Source of the DNA: Perna viridis
Lineage: Eukaryota
Direction of reading: 5' to 3'
DNA length: 64,000 nt
NCBI GenBank assembly: GCA_037379345.1
Contig: CM074515.1
Coordinates: 1,736,001 to 1,800,000, forward strand
Positions 27,560 through 39,635 of the stretch are shown here, in pieces. A program made the translations under genes and the position numbers. Under the pieces are notes generated by a model. The model had not been told where the DNA came from. It saw only the letters and a program-made list of their open reading frames with translations, and ran no database searches. The first letter of the stretch is position 1, and each line of letters opens with the position of its first letter.

Positions 27560-28000
27560 TTCCTTTTTTGAAATTCTTAAAGCAAAAAAGGAAAAAACTA
27601 TTTTGTGCCTTTATAGATTTTGAAAAGGCTTTTGATACAGTATGGAGAGATGCACTTCGGTACAAGATATTATTCAGCCATATAAATGATAAAATGTACA
27701 ATGTTATTCTAAATATGTATACAAATGTGAAATCCTGTATTATATATAACAATGACAAGTCTGATTATTTCCAATGTAATATGGGTGTCAGACAAGGTGA
27801 AAATCTCCCATCTTTTCTTTTTGCACTTTATCTTAACGATTTGCAAACCTTTCTAGAAAATGCATATTTATCAGGACTAGATACTATTCCAAATTGCCTT
27901 AATGACAAACTAGATATTTTTTCTTAAACTGGAGGCTTAAAATCAATGTTGAAAAAACAAAAATTATGAATTTCTCATGCAGTAGACAGTCAAAATCTGA
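27560..28000 (+). mobile_element. Non-LTR retrotransposon RT fragment (RTE-X-like)
   Basis: KLFCAFIDFEKAFDTVWR and GVRQGENLPSFLFALYLND; truncated and internally deleted. Confidence 0.7.
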
Positions 28001-28429
28001 GTAATTACCTGTAATTACTAGTTGATTTAGAAAGTACACCTATTTACTAAACTCCCTAGTAATTACATATACTATAATTACTAAAATGTTTAGTAATTAA
28101 TTGTAATAACTGATTATTTACATGTAAACACTAATGGAGTTTTAAAACTACTGCGTGTTATGATAACATACTGCAGAAACAAATTTGCTATGTCAGCATG
28201 CTAAAAAATGTAGGAAAAAATAAATCAAATTTGTAATAGGAAGTGCACATCTTCAATGTATAAATTTTGCATTTTATATATGACTTTTATTTGACAGTTT
28301 ATCTCGAAAATTGTTCAGGATGTTCCCAAACATATACTTGATCATATACTGAGCTCAAAACTGAAATTTATTGCAGAAAAGTGGACATATTAGGAACTAT
28401 AAAAAGTTATATTGATGTTATAGTAGTCA

Positions 28430-31400
28430 CTCAGCCATGAATTTATCGACAACAAAAAGGTTATTTTTAAATGTATTGAAAAAAAGTTCACCGCACACAC
28501 GTTTATGTAATCAATACAGTGTGTGTAACGAGAAACTGACCTCTCGTACTAGACGCGGTACAAAAGCTGGGAGGAATTTCTTTCGACCTATCAGAACTAG
28601 AGTATCGCCTAGCAGAGACTTTAAATGCAAAACAATTTCAAGTGTTAACATTTCCAACTTAGTTACAATCAACACTCAGATTGATTACACCAGCCCTAAC
28701 CTTATAAATGCAATTCCAATTTTATTAAAATCACGCCTGAACGAAAGTAGACAATCCATATCACGAACACCTTTCCTGAAAAATATCGCTACAACATCTT
28801 CAAATGGTGATAAATATTCAAACTTAAAACTTATTTCGTTGAATTTCTAGATCAGTAAAGAACAAGACCACATCAATATGTGACTATATTTTATCTACTT
28901 GTGCAGACTTGTTAGCGATAACCGAAACATGACTTGGAACTATGGTAGACAAAGGAGTTAACGCAGAACTGACTCCTGACGGGTATGCGATCGACCATAT
29001 CACACGAACCAGACAAAGAGGCGGTGGAGTTGCTTTGATTTACAACACAAACCTGGATGTCAAATTAATCAAACCAGTCAAAACTTTTACACATTTCGAA
29101 GTTTTACAATGTTGGAACTATCAATAAACATTTTCGCTTATACATTATTTACCGCCCACCACCATCACGAACAGACAATTTTAAAATTGCTAATTTCTTC
29201 GATGAGTGGCATGATTTCCTAGATCAACTTGTTGTAATTCCAGGGGAAATTGTCTTAACTGGTGATTTGAATTTTCATCTTGACAATCCAAATGACTTCA
29301 CTGCCCGTCGATTTCTCGTATCTTTGGAAGACCGCGGATTAGTACAACACATTCAAGGTGCGACTCGTATCAAGGGACACACTCTCGATGTAGTGATCAC
29401 AAGAGAGATTTTGTCAATCCTCTCTGATACACCTTCAATATGTAATCCATATCTCTGCGATAAACACGACAACTTTTCTGGCGACCATTACGCCCTCCAC
29501 TCTAAACTCTGTATATCAAAACCATCGAATCAGAAGAAAAAAGTTTCCTTTCACAAATACGGCGAGATTTCAATGGACGCTCTTATTCTCGACATACAAA
29601 CTTGTGTTCAGGATATCGATAAACCTGTTGAGCAACTTGCGAAAGCATACAACACTGACATGAAAGTGATCGTTGATAAACATGCACCGTTAGTCTCGAA
29701 AGAGATCATAATTCGACCAAATACGGAATGGTATAACGATCATCTTCGTACAGCTAAGACAGATCAACGGAAAGCCGAGCATAGAATGAGGAAGACTAGA
29801 CTAACAGTAGATCGTGAAATATTTAAAGATAAATGTAGGCAAACAAACAGACTTCTCATACAAAGCAAGAAAGACTATTACTCTAATAAGATATTTGAAA
29901 TTGGCAACGATCAGAAAAAAACTTTACAGACTTACTAATAATCTAATGGGGAATATCCATCAAACAGTCCTCCCTTGACATCAGAGTGAAAAGGATCTTG
30001 GGAACAAATTCGGAGAATTCTTCCTTGGGAAATTACAAATAATTCGTAACGAACTCAGTGCTAAGTCAATCACTGCAGACACTACACTGGATATCTTAAG
30101 AGCTAATATAAAGTTCACCGGTGAGCCACTGACAACCTTTTCACTTGCATCATGTGAGGAAGTACAAAAGATCATCTCATCAGCTCCGTCTAAATCCCGT
30201 GAGCTTGATCCAATATCAACAAATATTATCAAAGATTATTTAGAAACATTGCTGCCTACAATTACAGGCATTGTGAACAAATCCTTATCCGAAGCAATAG
30301 TACCACCAGCACAGGACAATTTAGATAAGAAGATAATGAAGAACTATCGTCCAGTTTCAAACTTACCTTTCATTTCGAAAGTAGTCAAAAACATTGTTGC
30401 ATCGAGAATTGAGTGTCACTTAAAATCGAATTCCTTATATGATGATGTTCAATCAGCGTATCGAGAATTCCACTCTACTGAGACCGCCCTTCTACGCATC
30501 CATCATGATATCACATCTGCTCTTGACAAAAACTGTTGTACCATACTTTTAGATTTATCAGCGGCATTTGATGTCATTGACCATAATGTTCTCATGAATT
30601 GTCTCGAATTTTCTTTTGGAATATCTGGAACAGCTTTATCGTGGTTACAATCCTACTTGACGAACAGGACTCAATGTATTTCGATTCGATCTACTCTTTC
30701 CAACGATAAGTGTCTTCGATATGGTGTACCCCAGGGTTCCGTTTCAGGACCCAAACTTTACTGCATGTTCTCAAAACCAGTCGGTGAAATCTGCAGACGC
30801 CATGATAGGTTGCATCATTGTTACCATGACGACACACAAGTGTACTTGGTGATTAAGCCTCTTGATGACTGGTCCAATATATCAACTAGGTTAGAAAACT
30901 GCCTTTCCGACATTAGTGCTTGGGTAGTTTCTAACCTCCTTAAACTCAACCAAGACAAGACTGAACTGATCGTCTTCGCACCGAAAAACAGGCTTAATAA
31001 GTTATCAAATCTTGAGCTCTCGTTCGATGGAAATATTATTAGCGATGTACCAAGTGTGAAAAACTTAGGCATATTTTTCGATCGCTCATTAAGCATGGAA
31101 CTACAAGCTAGTGCCGTCAGTAAAGCTTGCTATTATCAAATTCGCAACATAGGACGTATAAGACCTTACATTTCCGAAGATGCCTGTAAAACTTTGATTT
31201 GTTCTTTAGTAACATCAAGGCTGGACTACGGCAATGCCTTACTACATGGAGTTAATACTAGTGTCATCACAAAATTACAGCGAGTTCAAAATTCAGCGGC
31301 AAGACTCATTTCAAAGAAAAGGAAATACGAACACATTACACCTGTATTGATGTCTTTACATTGGCTTCCGATTCAATACCGCTGTCAGTATAAAATACTT

Positions 31401-32236
31401 TTATATGTGTTTAAAGCTCTCCAAGGTAACGCCCCGGTATACTTAGAAGAACTGATTTCAATCTATAGGCCTGCGAGAACTTTAAGATCACAATGCAGCA
31501 ATCTTCTTCAGGAACCGAACGATACAAGAACAAAAACGTACAGTGATAGACGCTTTGACAAATCAGCAGCAATGCTTTGGAACAATCTACCTCCAACCAT
31601 AAGAAATTGTACCTCTTTAGACATTTTTAAGAAAGACCTGAAAACATACCTTTTTAGACTGGTTTTCTCTTAGTTTTGGACAGCTGTGTTTTAGTATAGA
31701 TCAACCGTATGTGATGGATATGTTTTTTTTTTAAATTGAACTGACTTTATTTCTTTCTATTTTTAGGTTTGTAGATATGTATATATATTTTTATTTTTTT
31801 CTATTTATTTTTTTTTTCTCTTTTCTGTGATATCGAAATAACTTTCTTTTTGATAAATCCAAAAATTATTTCTATTTTTATTTTTGCTTGCAATCCTGTA
31901 ATATTTTTATTATATTTTCGACCATTTTATTATTGCTCTTAATTTTTGGTTTATTTTAAATGTTAACTTTGTTTTTAAATAACAGGTCAGTTTTTACATC
32001 ATTAACTTTTCAAAATTTTTCAATTATCAGATTAATATTTTATTTCATCATCATCTTATTTTAATGCAAGTGATAGATTAGATTTGTTTGTTTCTTCCTT
32101 TAATTTGATTTTCATTTTTATATGTGATTTGCTATATATTTTGTATGCATGTGTTGTATTTTTGTAAAGCGCTTAGAGTAATTATTATCATATAATGTGC
32201 TCTATAAATGTTGTAATAATAATAATAATAATAATA
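28430..32236 (+). mobile_element. L2/CR1-group LINE (APE + RT), degenerate, antisense in the putative KLHL 5' intron
   Basis: APE motifs (RGGGVA, GDLNFH, GHTLDVV, DH) and RT motifs (NYRPVSNLPF, LDLSAAFD, GVPQGS, YHDD, HITPVLMSLHWLP) broken by stops and frameshifts. 3' end GTAAAGCGC...CTATAAAT followed by a (TAA)n tail. Confidence 0.9.
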
Positions 32237-32836
32237 TAAATACTGTAGTAAGTTTAGAAAAATATTGGTTAATACTTTATTAAGTTACAGTTAAGAATAC
32301 ACAAATGATTACTATCCACAACATAAAGTTAAAAAAATGGCTTAGTTCAACATGCTGGTATCAATTTTTACCATAATAGATACACACCTTCAATGAGTAA
32401 TGTTCAATTTATGTGAACATAGTGCAAAGTTTGAATAATATGGGTTCAATACTTTCTGAATTTAAGATTACACAAATTACCCCCTTGAACACGAAGATTG
32501 CCAGACTAACAGAATTTCAAAAAATGACGCATTACGTGAGCTGTCATGATCTTAATTGTACTTGACTTAACACATTCTTCTTAACACCATCTAATTTTCG
32601 CTAGTACACATACATGCACTACAACAAAAATTATCATCAAAAGTCATAATACTTAATTCAGAATTTGCCACATTATGTGAGCTGTCATAATCTTAGTTGC
32701 ACTTGACTAAACATACAAAATGTATTCTTCATTTCAATATACAAATATACATGAAACATGATGACATAATTATCATACTCATATTTATTTTACAATGAAC
32801 AAGAAATGTAATACCTTCAACCAAGGAGTTAAATAT

Positions 32837-33296
32837 TGTGGCAGGACGGCCTACCTGCGTTGTAGTAGGTAGTGAGATTTAAATAGCCAATTAATTGACT
32901 TGGCTAAAGGATTAATTCTTTAGCCGAATTGGTTTGTCGCTGGCTTGTCACCGAGCGGTCTAGGGTTTGATCCTCGGTGGCAGAATATAATTTTGTGAGT
33001 CAAATCATGTTCTCCCGTTACATTTGGCATCCAACTAAAAAACCCACAGGGTTTGGTGAGCTATTGAGCTAGAGTCGTATGTGGTACGAAGACCCTCAAG
33101 GTGGGGGAAATGTGGCAGGACGGCCCACCAGCATTGTAGTAGGTAGAGAGATTTAAATAGGCAGTTAATTGACTTGGCTAATGGATTAATTCTTTAGCCG
33201 AATCAGTTTGTCACTTGCTTGTCACCAAGCAGTCTAGGGTTCGATCCTCGGTGGCAGAGTATAATTTTGTGAGTCAAATCATGCTCTCCCGCTACA
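32837..33296 (+). mobile_element. Miniature LTR retrotransposon (TRIM) with a tRNA-like cassette in each LTR (Helenus-type)
   Basis: Two 186-bp TG...CA direct repeats (32837-33022 and 33111-33296, about 17 mismatches). The 88-bp interior has a PBS-like TGGCATCCAAC (33025-33035) and a PPT AAGGTGGGGGAAA abutting LTR2. A box TAGCCGAATTGG and B box GGTTCGATCC lie inside the LTR. No clean TSD. Confidence 0.85.
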
Positions 33297-33687
33297 ACTG
33301 ATATATGCTATACTAGCTGCGAAACGTAGCTCTAACTATTTTTTTGTATTTTCTTAACGTTAGATCACAAAATCACAAAAGAGCTACACTTTCGCAGCTA
33401 ATGCTATACATATAACATAAATCCTTGCTTCAACTTAACATCCAAATACATGTTATCTTACCAATCCTATGTGGGCCAAACAAAAACTTATATCTTGATT
33501 TTGTAATGATTTGTCAACAACTCCAGTTTTATGTTCACCAAGATGTCACAGCAGGTGAATATCTTAAACGGCTAAGTAAATGACTACAGTATAATGAATT
33601 GAATACTCAATAGTGTGCAGTAAACATCGTTAGATTCAAATAGAAGAATGTCACGCATGGAAATGAATATAAAAACTTTGTAATGAC

Positions 33688-33845
33688 CTTCATGGAGATA
33701 GCAAACACAAGGGGGACATCTGTTGAATTTTAAACAGGGATTAATCGATTTTTTGCTGTTGTTACAAGTCTTTGTTTTGATTTCTTGCAATATAACTTCC
33801 GGTGACTTATAACTGAGAACCAACATCGGACATGCTCCGGAAAAT
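33688..33845 (-). promoter_or_regulatory. Putative promoter / non-coding first exon of the kelch-like gene
   Basis: ACTTCCGG at 33795-33802 and TCCGGAA near 33836 in unique, CpG-containing sequence. Possible weak donor AAG|gtcatt at 33688. The first coding exon has an upstream acceptor near 25050, so a 5' non-coding exon should exist. Confidence 0.4.
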
Positions 33846-33869
33846 TATCAGGAGTGGGCCTTAAATAAA

Positions 33870-35967
33870 AAGATAAGTTTTATTTATTTATTATTTTATT
33901 TAGCGGCATCCAATACATACAACAACAACAAAGCAACAGCAAATAAATAATGGACAATACAAGAAAAACAAGAGCTGACTATCAAAGCAAAATAAAAGCA
34001 GATGAATGAATAGTACTAGAACTAAAATCAACTGAAACTAAGAAGATAAAAAGCAATGCAAAAGCGTTAAAGCAAAATAAAAATATAGCCGAAATGACCT
34101 AGAATAAGTCATCACATGACGTACATTTACAGTTCTTTCCATCCCAATATTTTAGATCGTTTTTACATTGATTATAATTTGATATTTGTTCTAAACTCAT
34201 CAGGTACAATATGTAGGTCATTCCATATAACAGCTGCAGCATATTTAAAAGAGTTCTTACCATATTTAGTAGTTCATACTCTTCAATGGTATATTTTAAT
34301 ATCTAAAATTATAATTAGAGAGTTTTTTTTTTAAACAAGACCGATCACGTAAACACGGTGGTAACAATTTATTGTACACATTATGGCACTTTAGCTCGAT
34401 TTAATTGTCCATCATATGTACCCTCTTAGTCTACGTGTAGGGATGTTAGAACTATCAAATTTGCAAAGCAAATTTTTCGTCGTTCCCTCCGCGGGACTCG
34501 AACTCGTTCAGCTGTGACATCTATGGCAATACCGCTTGCACAAAGTCCATCGCCCTAGACCGCTCGGCCAGGTAGGCTTTATTAAAATATTTCAGACTCT
34601 GCTATGCTTACGTTATCTTCCCTGTAACAATTTGATCCGATGGAGCAGTGTAGCGAATAGAGTCTTCACATTCTGAGACGTTTGTATAATACTGATTTGT
34701 TGTGACATGTGTCGTTAATTTGAACCTCTATCCTATATAACAACACCTTGATAAGCTGTCCCGTACTACCATACATCATGTACTAAGTTACAGCCCTAGA
34801 TTAATTCTACGAGGAGGAATGACATAGCCAGCGAAAGCTATATTTTAATATAGCCTTGCTGGCCGAGTGGTCAAAGGTGCAGGCGGTGTTGCCATAGAAG
34901 TCACAGCAGTTCGAGTCCCATGAAGGAAACGACCAAAAATTTGAACATCGTTGGGAATTTTTCAGAACCCACTATACCGCAAGGGTCTTTCTTGTATTTT
35001 TTTCAATTTAGAAGTATAACTTTTAGTGCAAAAATGCCATGCCAAAGGACAAAAAAATAAAGTATGAAATATGGTAAGTTGATTTAATTTGGAGAGGTAG
35101 CAGCCAATGCGCTTAGGCACAATGAGTTGCTGCGATGCCTTGCGACATATTTTTATATGCTGATTAAAATTCAGTTGATAGTCTATAAAGATCCCCAGTA
35201 ATTTGCCAACATCATTACAGGTTATTTCAACTGTCTAAATATCAAAAACAGGCTTCATACCATGTGCTTTATTAATAACCTACAGAAATAGCCTGATTTT
35301 TTCCGAGTTGGCCTTCATACAATTTATTTTGAACCATACTACCAATACGGTACTTTTCTATAAAAGAACAGACATTAAATTAACAACGTCATAATCAACA
35401 TAATTATGTAAAGTACCCTGCTCAATGGAACTAAATGTATCATTTATAAATATGTTAAAAAGCATGGGACCGGGTGTAGAATCTTTAGGGACACCTTTAG
35501 TGGTGTCACCCCAGTCATTGACTACTCCCTACATTTTGATTTGCTCCTTACGACCTGTTAAATAATTTTCGAATAATCTCACAGATTTAGATGAAAAACC
35601 GTAAGCAACGAGCTTACTTAAAAGAATATCATGTGACAGACAATCAAAGGCCTTCGAAAGGTTAATTAATATAGCTGCCATATACTGGTTTTTATCAAGT
35701 GCCGATTTCCAGTCTTGAATAAACTTCAGCAAAGTGGTCTGAAACCCATCCCCTTTTCTAAAAGCACTTAAAAAAGAATGAATTTTTTTTTCAAATAATT
35801 TATCAATTGATCAGACAAAACCATTCCATATAATTTAGATATCGTTGGTAAATACTGACAGGACGATATTTTTTCTAGTCCAGTGAATCCCCTTTTTATA
35901 TAAAGATACAATATGTGATTCTTTAAGCCTGTTTGGAAAGTTACTATTACAAATAGTATTATTTATT
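33870..35967 (-). mobile_element. CR1-group LINE, degenerate, interrupted by a tRNA-derived element and cut by an RTE insertion
   Basis: YRPVSI, LSKAFDCLSHDILLSKL, PMLFNIFIND and TTKYGKNSFKYAAAVIWN on the minus strand; A/T-rich 3' UTR near 33880. Confidence 0.75.
34444..34950. mobile_element. tRNA-derived repeat with two inverted, outward-facing Pol III cassettes
   Basis: Minus cassette has A box TGGCCGAGCGG (34560-34570) and B box GTTCGAGTCC (34494-34503). Plus cassette has TGGCCGAGTGG (34860-34870) and GTTCGAGTCC (34909-34918). The two are alignable, including the ATATTTTAAT leader and the AAAAATTTG trailer. Confidence 0.65.
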
Positions 35968-38900
35968 GATGATTTATTCCATTTCGTCCATGGGTGGACA
36001 TAGGGCGACTACAGTTTCTCTGCATTCGCTTCGGTTTTGGGCGATGGTGTTACAATTCTTCCACGTTAGTCCTACTCTCTTCAGTTCAGAGTTCAAACCC
36101 CTCCTCCAGGTGTTCTTTGGTCTTCCTCTTTTTCTTTGCCCTTGGGGATTCCAATCTAAAGCTTGCTTTGTAGTGTTTTTATTGTTCTTCCTTAAAGTAT
36201 GACCAATCCATTTCCATTTTCGGGTTCGAATGGTGTTTTCTATTGGTTGTTGTTTTGTTCTTTGCCAGAGTTTCTTGTTTGTTATTTTTTCTGGCCATCT
36301 GATATTCAGTATATTTCTTAGGCACTTGTTAACAAAGACTTGTATAGATTTCATGGTGTTTTCTGTTTCTCTCCAGGTCTCGCAACCATATAACAGGACA
36401 GACTTAACATTGCTGTTGAAAATTTTGATCTTAGTAGTTGTTCTCAGTGTTCTACTTTTCCATACTGGCTTTAGAATGGAAAAAGCCTGTAATGCTTTCA
36501 TCTTTCTGGCTTGTACATCTTCGTCATTGCCTCCAGTTGTACTCATGACATTTCCAAGGTACGTAAATTTATCTACATTCTCTATCTGTTGGTTATTTAC
36601 CAATATTGGATCCATCTGGTTTTGTTGGATTCTCATGGCTTTGGTTTTGGCTGTGTTGATATACAATCCTGTTCTTTTAGCTGTTTCTTCGAGATGGTTG
36701 ACCTGGTGTTGGGAATCTTGAAGACGATGCGATAGTGTGCATATGTCGTCTGCAAATTCGAGGTCTTCTAGACGAGATGTTAGTGTCCATTGTATACCAT
36801 GAGGGTCGTTGTAAGCTGTTGTTGCTATCCAGTCGATGACTATGAGAAAGAGAAGGGGAGAGAGAATGCATCCTTGCCTTACGCCAGTTGTTACAGGGAA
36901 AGGATCCGTCAACGTACCAGCATGTATGACCTGACAAGAGAATTCTTCATACAATAACTTAATCATGGAAATAATCTTTGGAGGAATCCCATAGTGTCCT
37001 AGAATGTTCCACAAGACCTGATGATCTATGCTGTCAAATGCTTTCTGGAAGTCAATAAAGTTTAGATATAGGGATGACTGCCATTCGATCGTTTGCTCAA
37101 TAATTATTCTGAGTGTTGCAATCTGGTCGACACATGATCGTTCTTGTCTAAATCCAGCTTGTTCATCTCTCAGCTTGCTATCAATCTCTTCTTTCGTTCT
37201 TTGTAAGATTATACTGCATAGGATTTTACTAGGAATGGACAAAAGAGTTATTCCTCTCCAGTTGTTGCAATTGGATTTGTCCCCCTTTTTAGGTAGTTTT
37301 ACCAAGAGTCCCTTTTGCCAGTCTTTTGGAATTTTTTCTTTTTCCCATATCTGGTTTAATAGCCCAAGAAGATATTGAATGGTAGTGTCATTCATGGACT
37401 TGAGGGCTTCTGGTGGTATGCCATCGATTCCCGCTGCTTTCCCATTCTTAAGATGTTTTAGGGCTTTTCTTACTTCATTTTCGGTAATTTTGTCAGTCTC
37501 TATGTTAAGTGTTGGACCTTCTTCAAGTATTGGTGGATTTGTTGGTGGTGGTCTGTTCAATACCTCACTAAAGTGTTCTTTCCATCTGTCAAGCTGATCT
37601 TCTAGCTTTGTGAGGGTATTGTTGTTTTTATCTTTGACTGGTAAATTTTCATTTTGAGAGATCTTTCCACTGAGTTGTCTTGTGATGTTATACAATGTTT
37701 TGATGTCTCCTTTTAAGCAGGCTTTTTCAGCTTCTACTGCTAACTTTTCAGCATGGTTTCTTTTATCTCTTTTACAGCTTTTCTTCACTTCTCTGTCTTT
37801 TGCGCTGTAAAGGTCTTGCAGGTTTTTCTTTTGCTGTCTGGTTTTGGCACTCATCAACTTTTCTTTTATTTCCCTTCTTTCAGATATTGTATCCCATGTT
37901 TGATCTGACATCCATTTCTTTCTTTTCACTTGAATGAAACCAACTGTTTCTTCGCATGCTTCCAGAATGGCTGTCTTTGTTGAGTTCCAGATGTCATCAA
38001 TATCATTGTTCATTTCTTCGTTGTAAAGATCTAGTAAAGTACTAAATCTGTTCCTGAGTGTAATTTGGAAGTTTTCTTTCACTTTCTGATCTTTAAACTT
38101 CTCAACATTAAACTTCCTTTTTGTAGTCTCTCTTTTCTTTGTTGTTAAAAGCTTGAGTTTAATTTTTCCAATTACAAGGTGGTGATCTGATGCTGCGTCT
38201 GCTCCACGTTTTGTTCGTACATCTTGTAATGAAGATCTCCATCGACGGCTTATTGTTATGTGGTCTATTTGGTTTTCAGTGTCTCCAGATGGTGAAATCC
38301 AGGTGGTTTTATGACAAGATTTATGTGGAAACCAAGTACCGCCAATTACTAGACTGTTTATAGCGCAAAAGTCAGCAAACATCTCTCCGTTCTCATTCAT
38401 TTGCCCTATTCCATGTGGTCCTATCTCCCTTTCTCTACCTCCTCTGTCATCACCTACTTTGGCATTCAGATCTCCTAAGATGATAAGGATGTCTCTTTTA
38501 GGAACGGCATCAACAACTGATTGTAATAAGTTGAAGAAGTCATTTTTATCATCTTCGTCTGCGGTGTTTGTTGGTGCATACACCTGTATAAATGTTGTTT
38601 TCTGGAATCGAGTGTCAAATCTAGCTGATATCACTCTTGCAGATATTGGATTCCACTCCAAAAGCGATTTCTTGGTTTTCTTTGTAAGCATGAATCCCAC
38701 GCCTTTGTCATGTATGTCGTCTTCATTTGGATTTCCTGAGAATATGGCCGTATGACCTGAAGATAGTGTTGTCATTCCAGCTGTATTCCATCTTACTTCG
38801 CTGAGTCCTAGAATTTCGATATTGTATCTATCCATTTCGTTCGCAATTTGCAAGCTTTTGACACTTTGATACATTGTTCTAACATTCCAAGTGCCTATGG

Positions 38901-39635
38901 TTGTTTGTTGTTTTGGTGAGAACAACTTCATCAGCTTTCGCGTCATTTGCTGTCCTCGATGTTTGGTTTGGTCCTCTTTCTCTAGTCGTTGACGAGTCCG
39001 AGGAATGACTTTTACTGTAATCGTTTCTGTAACCATTTGTATCCACTAGTGGGGGGTTGGCCCTCTAGCTTCAGCTTTATTTTAATGTGGTGGTCAGCAA
39101 GTCCCTCACATGCTTTTGTATCAGAGTCAGCTCTCCTAGATAGGTTCCCTACCATGGGTGACGACTCCTTTCTAGCCGGGTTTTACATCAGAGTTTCCTC
39201 TCCTAGACAGGTTCCCTTTCAAAGGTTTGATCCCAGTCTGACCATCGTTTTTTGTCTGGGTTGTCTCCCGTAGCCTTTGACTCAACAGTCCATCACAAGG
39301 CAGCGATCTATTTAATCCATAGGTGGGGCAAGGTTGGTGAGAGCCAGGGCGTGTTCCACGCGCCGGTGGGCCTGCACTCTACACCTCTAGGGTCCTTGTT
39401 ACTCCGAGATCCCCTTCATGTTAGCCTTGAGTACTAGACCCAAGTTACCGTGTGTTACCTCGGGGAGGCAAATTGAAGGAGTCTTGGTAGTGTAGAGGCT
39501 ATGTACTGGCAGAGGAAGGCTTCTGCTTACGCTGCTCCCCTTTTCGTCTACACGTAGACTAGCCAGCGTCAGTAGCGATCTAGAGACGTTCGATCACTAC
39601 TGCACTAGACGCATATCACTACCCTGTGGTTATTA
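35968..39635 (-). mobile_element. Full-length RTE-clade LINE with intact ORF
   Basis: Uninterrupted 1020-aa ORF at 35974-39036, about 600 bp of GC-richer 5' UTR, and essentially no 3' UTR (stop followed by ATCATC). Confidence 0.92.
35974..39036 (-). CDS. RTE retrotransposon APE endonuclease-reverse transcriptase
   Basis: TWNVRT, LGLSEVRW, VYAPT, GDLNAKVG and SDHH (APE); NWRGITLL, FIDFQKAFD, GVRQGCILSP and FADD (RT); C-terminal GRPKNTW typical of RTE. Confidence 0.92.
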   Translation of the reverse strand: MVTETITVKVIPRTRQRLEKEDQTKHRGQQMTRKLMKLFSPKQQTTIGTWNVRTMYQSVKSLQIANEMDRYNIEILGLSEVRWNTAGMTTLSSGHTAIFSGNPNEDDIHDKGVGFMLTKKTKKSLLEWNPISARVISARFDTRFQKTTFIQVYAPTNTADEDDKNDFFNLLQSVVDAVPKRDILIILGDLNAKVGDDRGGREREIGPHGIGQMNENGEMFADFCAINSLVIGGTWFPHKSCHKTTWISPSGDTENQIDHITISRRWRSSLQDVRTKRGADAASDHHLVIGKIKLKLLTTKKRETTKRKFNVEKFKDQKVKENFQITLRNRFSTLLDLYNEEMNNDIDDIWNSTKTAILEACEETVGFIQVKRKKWMSDQTWDTISERREIKEKLMSAKTRQQKKNLQDLYSAKDREVKKSCKRDKRNHAEKLAVEAEKACLKGDIKTLYNITRQLSGKISQNENLPVKDKNNNTLTKLEDQLDRWKEHFSEVLNRPPPTNPPILEEGPTLNIETDKITENEVRKALKHLKNGKAAGIDGIPPEALKSMNDTTIQYLLGLLNQIWEKEKIPKDWQKGLLVKLPKKGDKSNCNNWRGITLLSIPSKILCSIILQRTKEEIDSKLRDEQAGFRQERSCVDQIATLRIIIEQTIEWQSSLYLNFIDFQKAFDSIDHQVLWNILGHYGIPPKIISMIKLLYEEFSCQVIHAGTLTDPFPVTTGVRQGCILSPLLFLIVIDWIATTAYNDPHGIQWTLTSRLEDLEFADDICTLSHRLQDSQHQVNHLEETAKRTGLYINTAKTKAMRIQQNQMDPILVNNQQIENVDKFTYLGNVMSTTGGNDEDVQARKMKALQAFSILKPVWKSRTLRTTTKIKIFNSNVKSVLLYGCETWRETENTMKSIQVFVNKCLRNILNIRWPEKITNKKLWQRTKQQPIENTIRTRKWKWIGHTLRKNNKNTTKQALDWNPQGQRKRGRPKNTWRRGLNSELKRVGLTWKNCNTIAQNRSECRETVVALCPPMDEME

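Noticed and set aside
32915-32990. Genuine tRNA-Asp genes (and tRNA-Leu/Ser at 34480-34580 and 34853-34930)
   Set aside because: Acceptor stems do not pair and arms are altered; these are element-borne tRNA-like promoters.
36230-38755. Several plus-strand ORFs over the RTE
   Set aside because: Antisense shadows of the long RTE ORF, with no recognisable motifs.
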